A stretch of 64,000 bases of DNA, from NCBI RefSeq assembly GCF_009914755.1, contig NC_060930.1. One strand, written 5' to 3'. How positions within the stretch are numbered: position 1 is the first letter of the stretch; every line of letters begins with the position of its first letter. Positions 12,048 through 27,517 of this stretch are shown here, piece after piece. This DNA is from the human T2T-CHM13v2.0 reference genome, Homo sapiens. The notes beneath the pieces are model-generated. The model was not told the DNA's origin. It did not search any database and saw nothing but the letters and a program-made list of their open reading frames with translations. Both the position numbers and the translations under genes were made by a program.

Positions 12048-13819
12048 TCTTTATGTGCTTACACCTTTTTTTCTTGTTGGTGAAGCCACTGATGTTTGGT
12101 TCAGTGATTGCAAGTTTTAGAAAAGATAAATCTGTGTTACTTGGGAATGAATGTTTTAATATATAACTTTTCCCAATGTACTTTTGAACTTGGAGAGTCA
12201 GATGAAAGGATATTTTACTTTAGTGATAGACATACTGAAAGGATTTAGTCATTGAGTAAGTATTTGCCAGGTACTTCTGTGTTTGAGGGGATGTCTAGGT
12301 GGAGGGAAGAGGGGAAGGCATGCAAAATAAATATAACATAGTTTCCAGCCTTGAGGAGCTATAAAATCTGGTTGGAGAAGAATAACTGAATATGAAACTT
12401 TGTGAGAACAATTAGGTGCCGAATGGACATAAATGCAGTAGGATTGCAGGAAGGAAGAGGTTCCAAGGGCAGAAGAGGGGGAATGAATTGGGTCTCAGAG
12501 GATTTTATACAAAAAAGAGGAAAGGAGAAAGCACTACAAGCAGATCAGCCAGCAGAGCAAAGGCACAAGAAGAGGAGCAAGCAGATATGGAGCAGCTGCC
12601 AGGTCAAGGAGAACTTCAGGGAAAAGTCATGGGAATTCACTTATCTCCATTGATGACATTCTCTTTTTCTCCTTCCTTTCTTTGTATATTCTTTATTATT
12701 TTCCACAAGGGTGTTTGACACTACAAGAAAGACAAAGAAGTCTCAGACCCTGCCTCCCAGCAGTTTATACCTGAGTTGGTGATCAAATCCCTTTTGGATA
12801 CAGAGAGGACTGAAATAATAAATGTGAGACAGGAAGATAACATGTATATTCACATAACTCAGTATGCACATAGTTAGTACTAAGTGTATAGCAGAGACAG
12901 TGAAATCTGTACACATTCTTACCGACCCTTTTTTAATGCCCAATTCAGATACTACCTCCTCAGTGCATCCTTCCTTCTTCACCTTAGCCAGAAGTGTCAG
13001 CTCTTCTGTAAATTTCAGTTGTACTTTGTCATTCTTATGCAAACTTCATTTTATTTTAGTGTTTGTATAAATATTTATTCTATCATTTTATAAGATGATA
13101 TAAGCACCTTCATGGCTGGCACCGTCCCTGAATTCTCAAAGAATATTGAGCAATGCATACATGGGTTCCCAGGGGAGATTGCTTATGGATGGAGTTGCCA
13201 AGAAGGCTTCATTAAAGAGTGTTGTGTTCTTTGAATGAGGAAAGTACCACGTTGGATGTGGAGCAGATAAGAGAGAGTAACATAGGGAATAAAGGAATGA
13301 AATGTGAGTCATGCTCAAGCAATGATGGGCAGGTAAGTCTGAAGGGGGAGTTTATGTAGAGAGGAAACGAGGGATGAGATTGAGAAGATAGGCCAGAGCT
13401 AGATTATGAAAGCTCTTGGACAAGACTGTTGCTCATTTTGCTGAGGGAAATACAGGCTCTTGAGTAGGGAAATGATATGAAAATGGTGACTTTATGATTT
13501 GTAAAGATAGTTATTTCCTGGGTAATTTGATCAGACTGCCTGCATTTATGTCTTGGCTTCTTCACATTCTATGGGACCTTGGGTAGCTTAATTGTTCTGT
13601 GCCTCAGGTTCTATCACCTCAAAAGGTGAAGATACAAATTATACAAGTAACTGCATTATGGGGCTGTGGTAAGGATTAAATAAGTCAATCTACGTGAAAT
13701 ATGTAGCGTAGTTCTTGGCACTTGGCAAGCACAATAAAGGCACTTTATTGTTCATTGGTGTAGATACTGTAAGAATTACAATGCTTACTTTAGAAATGAG
13801 AAAATTCTAGAGCTAGGAC

Positions 13820-14066
13820 TCTATTAGTTATCTGCTGTAACAAAGTACTGCAGACAAGGTGGCTTAAACAATAGTTTATTGTCTTACAGTGGTGGAGGCT
13901 AGAAGTCTAAAATCTAAAAATCTGTCAGCAGACTGTTTCCTTTTGAGGCTATGAAGGAGAACCTGTACCAAGCCTTTTACCAAGTTTCTGGTGGCTTCTA
14001 CCAATCTTTGGCATGCTCATCTTGTAGATGCTTCACTCCAATCTCTATTTTCATCTTCACATGGCA

Positions 14067-14111
<45 letters not shown>

Positions 14112-14297
14112 TCCAAATTTCCACTCTTTATAAAGACACTGGTCATATTGGAGTAGGGGTCTGCCCTATTCCAATATGACCTCATCTTAACTAATTAAAT
14201 CTGCATGACCCTCTTTCCAAATAAGGTCCCATTTAGAGGTTTGGGGGTTAGGACTTCAACATATGAATTTTTGTGGAACAAAATTTAACCTTTAACA
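13820..14297 (-). mobile_element. MaLR LTR (MLT1 family) containing (TG)n
   Basis: ctgtaacaaagtac...ggcttaaacaa...ggttaggacttcaacatatgaattt. Confidence 0.75.
14070..14110. repeat. (TG)~20 microsatellite
   Basis: Direct reading. Confidence 0.98.
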
Positions 14298-16779
14298 GAC
14301 TGTAAGTCAGATATTTCGAGCCTACCATAACATGGCCATGATATGCCAAAAGGATTGTAGAAAAGAGGAGGAATCTGTAGGTTTATATGATAATCAGTTA
14401 ATGAACTTGTTGTCTCTTCTGTCTCCTTTCTGCCTGGGCCTACACCATTCCCCTACGTAGCCACATTAATGGACATTGCCATAAAGGGCTTTGGGATTTT
14501 GCTGTGCCCCCTGTTTCCTGAAAAGATATTTTGTTTTCTTCCTTCTTTCCAGCATGACATTCCCTGTGACTTATTTCTGTCTAGGATTAGAGATAAGGAT
14601 ATTAAGATAAATGAGACATTATGCTTATACCACATAGTTTCTGTCTTCTCTAAATTTGGGTGATATGTCACTGTCCAAATGTATAGGTGACAAAGGAAGA
14701 AATGAATGCTTGTGGAAAGGGGCAAAAACTCTTGAAGTGTCAATGGTAAGGATTTTACTGAGGAGTCAGTTGGAGATGATAAGTGAGTAGGTATGCAGCT
14801 GTGTGGCAAGAGAGAAATTTTTCCCCGCCCTACCCCCAGGCTTATGGTGGGAATTGAGGTAAGTGAACAAATAGGATCAAGTTTCCTTAAGTCACTGAGA
14901 AAGTTAGAAATATCCCCAGAGTGATAGAAATTACCAGTGAAGGTTTAAAAGAGTATATGGACAAATGGTGATTTCAAATGATAAAAGTGCCAGGAGAGTC
15001 ACACCTAGAGTCATTTAGAGAACTAGGCTGTCTCAGGAATTGAAGAGGCTGCCTCCATGTTGCTTGTGAATTGGTAGGATGTGAGATTTGGCCTGCATGG
15101 GAGAGCACAACTGGAGACAAGTTGTTATTGAAAGACTCAGTTGTTTCATAAAATCTGTAATTTGGAAGGATCTTAGGTGTTCCCCAACCCCACCTTATTT
15201 AAATTCTGAATCACCTGACAGGTGATCATCTAGTTTCTGCATTCATTTAGGGCTAGACATAAGAAGAGAGTTTGAAAAATAAGTTTACTACAAAAGGGAG
15301 TTTTTTTTCCAGCATAGACAAACAGGAATTCCATTAGGTTTGATCAAAAGAGAAGTAGCTAGGGGGACTCAGGCTGTGAATAGACATGGGGTAAAAATGG
15401 GTAGGGTGGGTATGAAAGTTTGGGTGGAGAAGTATACAAGCGAGAGAGAAGTATATGCCTAGATTAGGAGATGCCAAGAATGGGGCTAACACTATGAGAG
15501 CAGTTTGCTAAGACAGAATGAAATAAGGACAACTTACTCACCTAGATAAGGATATAGACTCCGCATTAAACATTCATGAACTTGTGCATGCACACAGACA
15601 TGGGCATTAAATATCTGGCCATATTTCAGGCCCTCGGAGTTTTTAATTTTTTTAAATAATCATACCTATTAAGCACCTTTCATATGCCAGTCATTGCTCT
15701 GGGCACCTTTCTCATATTATCATTCATCTTCCTTACAGTCCTGGGAGATAGATATTTCTATCCCCAATTTACAGATGTGGAACTGAGTTGGAATATTTCT
15801 GCAGCAGCATGTTATTTGTCCTGTGTATCCATGGCCAGCAATTCAGAAATTATTCTCTTGTTCTACATAATATATGTAGTCTCCAGCAGTCTACTAGAGC
15901 TTTACTTTTCCTCAAAAATTATTTCCTGACTGGTAACATTTCATAGACTTAAATATACACCATATTAAGTTTTTTTTAGCAGGAAATACTAGCAATTGTG
16001 TAGATGTAGAAGAAATAATAATTACAGAGTATTCTTTTGAATTCTCTAGATAAAAGTTAATAGTACAGAAAGATTGTTTAAAGTTACAAATAGTAACACT
16101 AATCAAGTCCTTATACCAAACCATTAAATAATAATTACAATCCTTGGGCATGTGATTAGACATGGGGACATGAGGGAATCACTTTAAATTTCAAAACAGA
16201 GCAACCTAAATAAAAGTCAGCACAGAAACAGTCATTCAGCAGAAAGGAAGGCTTGGCTGGTCTGGACATGGATAGACTAGGGAGAGTGTGAGGTGCCTAA
16301 TCCCATGCAAGATGGGCCGAAAATTTTGAGATGGCATTTAGAAAAAGACCCATAGAGGACTCATGAAATCTATCCTTGGAATGTCAGGAAATAATGAGAG
16401 ACATTCAGGCAGTGGTCTGCGATTAGAGGCATGTTAGTTAGGCATGCTAATAATGGGATGGCGAAAGTTGGGGGTAAAGCAAGTCACCTAGACCTAGCAG
16501 CCTGAGGTGGACTTAGTGGGAGCTTTGTGCCTTGGGGGAGGCTGGGAAGGCACTGGCCGTGATCACGGCTCTCAGTAAACTCTGTGATAATCACTCAGAG
16601 TAACCTTTAGAGTTCAAACATTGTAGTACATTTTATCTCCATATGATTTGTCTTCCTACACAAATTTTTATTGTTTCTTTTAATGTAATTATATTTATGT
16701 AGCTGTATAACTATATGTTTAGTTATCTCTGAGGATTTAAAAGTTTACCTCTTGACGCAGTTAAATTTATCCAACTAAT

Positions 16780-17630
16780 ATATATTTTTTAAGTGTTTAC
16801 TAAGTGCTAGGTACACTTTTATGTGCTGGAGATATAGCAGAAAGCAAAGTGCCCTCCTGAAGCTTACATTCTAGATGGGAGAGCCAAGCACACAAAATAA
16901 ATAAGTAAATTATATAGTAGATTAGAAGGTCATAAGTGCCATGAAGAGAAATAAAACCCAGGAGGGAATTAGAGAATGGTAATGGTTGGACTTGGTAATG
17001 ATGTCATTTAAATAAGGTAGTCATTGCAGACCTCACTGAGAGAGTGACATTTGAGCAAAAATTTAAAGGGGATGAGGGAGCAAGCCACATGGATATCCTA
17101 GGGTAGGCATTTGGGGCAGAGGGAACAAATGTGCAGGCGCTGAGGAGGGAGCTCACCTCATGTATACAGGAATAATAGAGGCCAACATGGCTGGAGCAGA
17201 GAGAGACTGGACAGTCGGACATGAAGGCAGAGAGGCAGTATGGCCAGGCTGCTTAGCCCCTTGAGAGCAATGCTTAGGAGTTTGATGCTTATCTGAATGA
17301 GGTGGGAAGCCATTAGAGTGTTTTAAATAGAGTGGTGACATACTCTGAATTAGGATTGAACAGGATCACTCTGGCTTCTATGTGGAGAATGATCTTAGGG
17401 AGGTAAGAGTGAAGGCAGGTAGACAAATTTGGAGGCTGTCGCAGGCAAGACATGGTATGGCTGTATGGTGGTGGTAAAAGTGGCTGGATTCTGGACGGAT
17501 TTGGAGTAGAGCCAACAGAATATGCTGATAGTTTGGATATGGAGAGTGAAATAGGGAAGGGAGAAAAGGAGGGGGTGGGGTTGAGTCCAATTACTGGCAG
17601 GATTAGTTGCCAGTAACTGAGTTGGGGAAG
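16780..17630 (-). mobile_element. L2 LINE 3' region
   Basis: gcttacattctag, gtgacatttgagca, gggaagccattagag, ggatcactctggct motifs. Confidence 0.75.
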
Positions 17631-18359
17631 TCTAAGAAGGCAGTGCCTACGTCTTTGGGTTAACTACATCTATGTATCATTGTTTTACAAACCAAGTCTG
17701 TGGTATTCTGAGTTGATTATGATTCACAGGAGGACATTTGAAAAGTATGCTGGGATTTTAATGCCAAAGAACTCAAAGGTTTTCATCTGTGTGATAAAAG
17801 TGAGAATCAAAATAAGTACATATAAAAATGTTTGGAAATGTTAAAGACAGCAAAAAAAAAAAAAAGTAAATTTTATCACTGATGAGTACTTGAAGTCTGG
17901 AAAAATGAGGAATGCTTGTATATAAGTAAAGAATGTAAAAGAACTTCATGTGTAGTAATAAAAGCACCACTCCATATATACTCATCCAATATATACAATT
18001 TTTATTTCAATCAGATGTACTGCAGTTACAGGTTTAATGCCCATAAATTACTTTCCAATGAACTTCCTTTTAGCCCTTTGCTTACCATCTGTATGTTTCA
18101 TTTTTGGAATATTCCCAAAGCCTTTTAAAAAATGTGTCAGTCCAGTGTATTCTGCTTTGTCCTTTGCTTCAACAGCAACATTCTTAGTCATTTTTCTGGG
18201 TGTAAGTCCGAGAAAAATAGCAAAAGTTGACTAAAGAGAAAGATGTGGTGAAAGTATCACATTTTCTTTTATAATGGGACAAAGTATTATGGCAAGCTAC
18301 TCATAATTCTAACAGGAACTTAGATGATTTAACTAAAAAGAAGATAAAGGGCATATGGA

Positions 18360-18900
18360 TGGGGAAGCAGTCCCCAAGACCACCATCAGCCTTGGCAATT
18401 CACTAGAAGGACTTACAACATTTGTTATCATCTGGTTATGCTTTATTTAACACAGCCAAAGGATACAGATTAAACTTAGCAAAGGGCAAAGGCACATGGG
18501 GCAAAGCCCAGGAGAAAACAGGCATAAGCTTCTAGGTGTCCACTCCTACTGAAGTTGTACTCAAAACAACAATGTGTGCCAATACATGCAAAGCGTTGCT
18601 AGCCAGGGAAGCTCACCTGAGCCTTGGTGTCCTGGGCTTTTATTGTAGTTAGATGTGACTGACTTCAGCTACTCAGACTCCAGCCTCTCCAGAGCAAAGA
18701 TAGGAGTTTATCATGAGTCATCTAGTTAACTAAAGTGTTACTGCCATGTAACCCAAGGCCTCGAGTGTATAAAAACCTCTTTATCAGGCAGAATATTCCA
18801 AGGGCTCGTCTCTCATGAGCTGGTAAAGGGCCAGTCCTGAAGACTTCTCTTGGGAATGTGTATGGTTTGAGCAATTCAGGTCTGCTAATATAACCCTTTC
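18360..18900. mobile_element. LTR, MER21-like
   Basis: ccccaagaccacc...ttcactagaaggact...agccagggaagctcacctgagccttggtgtcc resembles the MER21 consensus as I recall it. Confidence 0.6.
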
Positions 18901-20051
18901 CCATTTAACATAGTAGATCCTTGAACATTGTATTAGTGCTTCTTAGAGGCATTATTACTATTAGAGAGTAAACTTATAGTATCTTATCCTAGAAGATATG
19001 ATATAAGGACATACCAAAAATACACATAATGTCAAGAACGGTTTAGCTAAATTCATAAATGAGTGAACCAGATTAGATTGCATAAGTGAGGTTAGTAGTA
19101 CTTTTTTTGTGGGGCGCTTCCCCTGAAAATCTGTAATCAGTGTCATGACTCACCCATAGGAGTTTGCAGACAAAGGGCTAGAGGAACAGAGAAACTAACC
19201 CACAAGTATATGTGATATTTATTGGGTTCAGGAAAAAGGTCAAAAGGAGGAAAGTTACCCTGGAGGTTGATGTTGAATTCTGGAATAGTCTCAGGAATCT
19301 GTTGAAAAACTGCAGAGTAATGAAACAGTACTTAGGAAAAAAAAGCATGACTTTGGTGAGAAAATTGGAATGAAAGAAAAAGGATAGGGAAGAAATGAAG
19401 ATGATTTCCAAATAATTGGTTTGAGAAAATGTAGTGAAGAAGTTAAGAAAGTTCTGATTGGAAGAATTTAGTTTTAGGTGTATAAATGAGCACCTTAGAC
19501 GGCAGGTTATGAGGAAGGAGGTGGGAGTGAGCAAATGACCACGTGCAGCCATGCAGCCATATTCTTGTGGGAAGTCCCAGGATTGAGACACTGCAGGCAG
19601 CTTGCAGGGAGAAAGGAAGTGAGGCATAATGGCTAAAATCTTGACTGTGACTCAGACACACCTGAAGTCAAAAATAAACCTGACCACTCACTGAATAATG
19701 CTGGGTAGGTTATTTCACCATTCTAAATCTCACTTTCCTCATCTATTTCCAACAAAATTACCCATAAAATAATTTTGGGGATTAAATATGATAATGAAAT
19801 ACACGTTCTTTGCACAGTAAAAGCAGTAAAAATTTTCTGGGAAAAAAGCATAAGAAGGATTTTCCACAGAGGTATTAAGAGAAGCAGGAGAATACGGTAT
19901 CCCAGAAACTAATTTCCCAAAGTGTCAGGGAAGAGGAAGAGTGTGGTGTATTATCCTAGGTGGGGAGATTCTGGAGAGTGAGTACTAGGAAAGGGATACT
20001 GGGTTTTTCTAATGGGAATTTGAAAAAGGGCTTGGCCTGAGCAGCTTTAAT

Positions 20052-20527
20052 TAGTATATTAGGGTTCTCCAGAGAAACAGAACCAGTAGATCCATGTCTA
20101 CACCTACATCTGTTTATCTATCTATATCTAGAATTGGCTAGATTATGGGAATTGGCCATTATGGGAATGGGCTTTTGTAATTTGGAGGCTGAGAGGTCCC
20201 ACAATCTGCCATTTGCACTCTGGAGACCCAGGAAAACAGGTGGAATAGGTCCAGCCTGAATATAAAGGCCTGAGAACTAGGACCACTGTTGGTGTAAATC
20301 CCAGGCAAAGGACAGGAGAAGACCAATGTTCCAGCCCAAGCAGTTAGGCCGAGAGAAAATCTTCCCTCTCTTTTTGTTCTGTTTGGGCCCACCCACATTG
20401 GGAGGACAGTCTGCTTTACTCAGTTTAGTCTCTTCTGGAAACACCCTCATAGACACATCCAGAAATGATGTTTGACCAAATACTTGTGTACCCTGTGATT
20501 CTGTCAAGTTGACACAAAACTATCACA
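20052..20527 (-). mobile_element. ERVL LTR (MLT2 family)
   Basis: tattagggttctccagagaaacagaacc ... gtcaagttgacaca..ctatcaca termini. Confidence 0.82.
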
Positions 20528-21169
20528 ACTGGTAAGAAAAGAAGTCACATATGTAAACATCAAAGGGGGAGAATTGGTGATACAGAATTAAAGATATTTA
20601 ATTTACAGATTCAAGGAGTTACATTGCCAGTTGAAAGATAATATACATTGGCATTTGTGGAAAGTGGAAAATGTATTTTGATTAAACATCAAAATTTTAA
20701 AAAATTATATTTAAGTTTATAAGTAATTTTTTTCATCTGTTGCATTTCATCAGGACTTATATTTCTGCATTTAGGATTTTTTGTGACTGTGTAAGCATGT
20801 TTTTATTAGTATGGTGAATCAGTTAGCTTTATCTGTATATAGACTTTGGTTGATGAAGAAGTAGATTGGTAATTGCTTTTTTCCTCAGATCTGTTTGGTT
20901 ACTTGGAATATTTAGCTGAAAGTTATAAATGTGCAGTTGAGCAGGAAGAAGAAGAAAACTTTTGGCATCAAATATTCTATATTTCTCAAAATATTTGATA
21001 TTTTTAGTCTCCTGAAGAGACTGCAAGGTTGAGAATAAACAATGCATTGTACATATTTTAAAAATAGCATTCTCTGAGTGATAGTTTTGTGAGCGTTTCC
21101 TCCTGGGGTCATGGTGCACTTCCCCTCAGTTGGACTGACCTCGATGTTCTCATTGAGAAGATGATGATG

Positions 21170-21380
21170 GCTGCTAGTATTTATTGAGCACTTTCTAAAT
21201 CCTAGGCACCATTTTAATGCTTTAAGTATATCAGCTAATTTAAGCTTCACAGAAACCCTATGAGGGAGGTACTATTATTTGATCCATTTTACAGAGGAGG
21301 AAACAGGAACGTAGGTAAGGATGTGATGATGCTAGGATTCAAACCCAGGAAGTGTGGCTCCAGCTTGCACCCTCAAACAC
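21170..21380 (-). mobile_element. MIR SINE
   Basis: tatttattgagcact...ccattttacagaggaggaaac...ggattcaaacccagg. Confidence 0.7.
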
Positions 21381-22093
21381 TGATAGTGTTTTGAGGTGAA
21401 TGATAACTAGCTTTTTTTTTTTTAAACACTTACTATGAAGTGAGGGCTTTAAAGGTGCTACCTCATTTAATCTCCCAACCAGTCAGTGAGACAAATAGCA
21501 TTTTATTTTAAATGAAGAAATAGGTTTAGATAGCTTGTCCAAAGTCATACAGTGACAAACAACTGTGACCCCATGCCAGCCCTCTTAACCATCTCACCAG
21601 TCTGCCTTCAGGAATGTATTGCAGGAAGAAAAATTTTACTTTGGTTTTCAGGAGCATTTTGTGGTTTAGTTTAACTGTTATTTGAAACTGTATAGGGTTG
21701 AGATTTAGCTGTTGGCTTCATTATTTTTATTCATCCTCTTTTCTATACTTTATTTTTTAGTCAGTAATGCTACAAAAGTGTTTTCATGGTTAAAGCTATT
21801 GCTGAGAGAGCCATAGCTTGTCCTTCAGACCATTACAGAAAATCTTTTACTCTTTAGAGAAAGTTTTTAAAAATATATTGCAAATTTTCTTTAGTGGCCA
21901 AGTTCAATAGGTTAAATAAATTGTTTTGGACTAAGGGAGACTGACTATTCATCTTTATTTTCAGGCAGAGTAATACAGTACTACAGTTTTTAAAAAAAAA
22001 AAACCTCAGAGACATCATTTTCTTATATTTTTGTTTATAGTTATTTAGGGAAGGTATAGATTTTCTTGCCCACTTTGTATTTTCAATGCCTAA

Positions 22094-22459
<366 letters not shown>

Positions 22460-23521
22460 TAAGAAATTCTTATCCCCAACTTGGGTAAGGAATTGATATT
22501 CCAGTACTGGATCACAATGCACTGCAAAGCATAACAGGCAAAAATTACTACTTTTTAAGTGATTCAGCATAAAAAATACACTTAATTATGCTCAATATTA
22601 ACTTCTGAAAATAATATTAAAATAAAAAATTCTGAAAATAATTTAGAATAGTGTATTCTAAAACCATCATTAAGAAAATCAACTAAAATTGTAATAAAGA
22701 AATACTAATCAGAAGATCTTCAATTGTTAGACTGCTAGATAAGCTAGAATTTATTTATAGCTTATCTTAGAAAGTGTAACCGTTTCATTTTCTCTTTTGG
22801 CCTTCTGTAAGCAAAATTAGATGCCCCAGTACTCTCATAAGTGACGTTTGTACACTCGTATCTCTACCCTCGTTTCCCTTTGCCTCCATGAAAATAATAC
22901 AGATTTTACTTTTTTTCTACATATGAAATGATAACCAATCTCTGAAAAGCTGGATACTAATGGTTTGTAGTTTAGTAGTAACATGCACCAGGCTAACCTC
23001 TACCACTAAATTATGAATTTAGTTAGATAGCCACTACATTTCTCACTCAGGTGGTCTCTGGTGGATGGGGGAGGAAGCCTTCAGACTTGACATCAGAAAA
23101 TGTTTGTGAGCACTTTAAACATATTTTACATGAATTATTCTAATATAAGGAAGTTATACAATTATCATCACTGGTATAACAAAGAAAGTGGGCTTCACAT
23201 TATATAATGAAAAAGTGTGCTGTCTTCATGAAAACCTTTCAGGGGACAATGATAGAAATGTTCTTTGACTGTACAGAGCTGCAGTTAATAAAAGCCTGAC
23301 CTAAAGTTTTTTTTTAATGTTGTATTTTAAGGTGGTGAACACCGTTATTATACATGGTGTGGTTTTGCTGTGTGGCCTCAGGTTTCTAATTACTCCTTCA
23401 GCAGCGTGTGCAAATTCTTGGAGGTTCCATATACTATCATTTCATATTGTGGATTTTTGTTTGGAAATTACCTTTTAGGGAGCAAAAGTATTCTTGATTT
23501 TGATTAAGAGCTCTCGGTTTT

Positions 23522-23875
<354 letters not shown>

Positions 23876-26475
23876 TCAGGGAGTATAATTTTAGGGAACG
23901 ATTCTGCAGTACCAAAGCCATAGGTTTTCTTAGGATTTGACATATTTAAGAATAAGGTTAGATTTATTTCACTACAAAAATTTACCAAGGACATGTAAGG
24001 TTTTACTTTGGTATTGAGGAAACATTCTTCAAAAAATTATTTTAATTATGCATTTAATAAAACTGAAATAGAAAAGTGAGGAGACCTTTTAAAATATATG
24101 CATTTTATTACTATAGTTAAAATATGTAGCAACAGTGAAATAGTATGTGAGACCACAGCAAGGTGTTCCCCAAAGCACTTGGAAGGTTTCTCTGAGAGTT
24201 AAATCCTAAAATGGATCAGAGAAGGCAATGCAGCCCTGTCTAGTATATCCTAATGCTCTCAGGCAATCAGGGTTTTCCTAAAACTTCAATGGAGGCCTGA
24301 AGGAGGAGGGAACTTGGACTTAAATGGAAGCATGAGCAAGCGAGTCACAGTGCCTAACCTCGGCAACATCTGTCTGTTTTCCACGGGAGAGGGTGCAACG
24401 TCAGGAACATTCATTTGTCGGGTCTGCCTGTTCAATCTTGCCATGGATATGGGCACACTGGTTCTAGTGTGGGGGATTATTCCTAATCATGTAACTAACT
24501 ATGGGGCCCATCCATTAAGTTGAGCAAACTGGAGCAGCTGCTCTTAGGCTGAGCTTGGCGGGTGTGGTGGCAGGAGCTATAGGGGATGTACATTTCACTC
24601 TTGTTTTCTAAATATGATTACAACTCAGTTTTTAAAATTTTGTCTTTAATGATACCCCCAAGGACATCTGTGACAGCTGCTGGCAATTTCAGCAGCCTCC
24701 TTCAAATGAAGTTATGGTAGCGATCTTAACTGGTCAAGTTGCCCCAAGTTCAGGGCCTTTCCCATTGCCTTTGTTCTGATTCTTTACTTGTTCACCAGAC
24801 AGTTATCTAATAATTCACTTCCTGTGTTGGTTTCCTGTGAAGTCAGAAAATATTTCCCAATCTGCTTGACGGTAAACGAATATGCTGACATTCTGGTTTT
24901 TCATATGTGAGAGGTAGGGAAGCCTAACATTAAGTAGCATCTCATCTCCAGGATGATCAGCTGAGATACTGATGGCAGTGATGGAGCCAGGACCAGACCC
25001 TGTACTGAGGTTAACCTATCCGCCTTGCAGTGGCAGCAGGTGTCCCCTAAATTTTAATGTACTCCTTCCGTAATATAAATGTGTTACTAAGAAACAGCTT
25101 TCCAGCCAGGGACTGTGTTTCCCAGTCGCTGTTAGATCGGCAGGCCTTTCTCCTGACAGAATAAAGGAGAAAAAAGAAGTGGTCGCCTTTTGTATATGAA
25201 GAATTAAATTACTGACCCTAGGAAGAAAATTTAGTTAATAGCTCATTTAATCTATTATTCTTTTCTTTGGGGCAAAACCTCTAACAAACACTTGAAAAAT
25301 TTAAAGGGTCGTATACTTTCCTTTCCAGTGAGTGATGAGCTTACTATGAGTGATGTGTTGAAGAGTGAGAAGCATTGTGTTCCAATTTCAACTAAGTCTC
25401 TAATAAGCAGTATGATCTGGCCCTAGTCAGTTAACATCTATAGTTCTTATATTTTTACCTGTAAAGTGTGAAGATTTAGTTTCTTTCAAATAAAATATTT
25501 TATCAATAGGTTAGTATAATCTTGCAGGTCTGAAACATCTTCCTTTTTATAAATATTATTGAGCTCTTCATGTCATGTTCTATGCTAAGTGCATCACACA
25601 TGTCTAATCACCCCATGAAGCATATTTCATTTTGTGGATGACAGAAGGGAGGTTTTGAGAGTGGACGTCAGTTGATCAAAGCTAGGAGGCAGCAGAGCTG
25701 AGATTTATGCTCTTGTCTGCCCAACTCCATGCCCCATACTGTTAATCATTATGTTGTGTTCCTCAAATTTGGCACATATTATAAGAGGGTTTTTTAATCC
25801 ATCTTAGTTTGGGGCATGTTTTACTCTCTACAGGGTGATTTCTTTCTCCCATCCTTATACTTTCTCTGTTTTCTGAAGCCTGTGGAATTGAAAGAACTTT
25901 TGTACTACCATTTGTTTCATTCTATAAACAGTCCCAGATCATTTGAAACCCAAATCTTTTTTGAAACTTGATGTACTAGTTTAGTGTTCAGTTTTTTCTT
26001 CTCAGCATATTCTTCTGTGCTTTCTTTGTGTAAGGATGGCAAAAAAATGGAACTTTTAATGTTATTGAACATTCTCACAAATTAGTTTGGTTAAAGGAAA
26101 GAATCTTGGCTTAGGATTTAGGAGGTGCAAGTTCTAGTTCTTTCTCTGAAATTTATTGTGGAACAAATAATACTATTTTGCTATATTAAGTTATTGAAGA
26201 GTAAAAGATCAAATATGTGAAAAGCATTTAGGATCACAGAAACGAAGTTTTTCTGTGTGACTGCTGAATCATAATAGCTGCAGTGGATTGTTGGAACCAG
26301 AATTACAGCAAAATAATTTGGGGCCTATCTTTGCTTTATAAAGATCTGCTTAAGGTAATTGTAATTCATAATTCACGTGGCTTGGCCTACACGTAATGCT
26401 AAACTTGGACTGCTGAATATATACAGGCAGAGAGATGATCAAATTGCTATCTGAATTATAGCAGTAACAGCGTGA

Positions 26476-26737
<262 letters not shown>

Positions 26738-27180
26738 TAGATTTAAGAATGTTTTACTATCCAAGTTGTGTGACATAAGACAAATGAATGGGAAGAAAAA
26801 GTGGATCATGAAAGTTGTAGAGTTAAAAGAGGAAAAAGAGAATTTCAGGGGACATGATGCTCAATGGAATCATTCAGAAACAGCCTGAGAATTGAGTTGT
26901 AGATAAAGTACTTATTAGTAGCATCAGCTGCTGAGAGTCGCTGGTAATTTTGCCATGTTGAAAATGCTATGCTCTTGAACTGGGCGAAGTGCAACTTAAA
27001 GATTTAAAGGGCCTGGGAGTGCTCTGCTGTTTTTGAAACACAATGAAGTAGGGGGTGAATAGCTTGAGAGATCATGCACAAACATCTTGAAGTTCAGACT
27101 TATTTCTCCAGGACAGAAGGCACATTTTGAGATAGTGTGTGTGTTTGTGTTTGTTTCATAGTGTTGAAAGTGGGAGGGTT

Positions 27181-27517
<337 letters not shown>
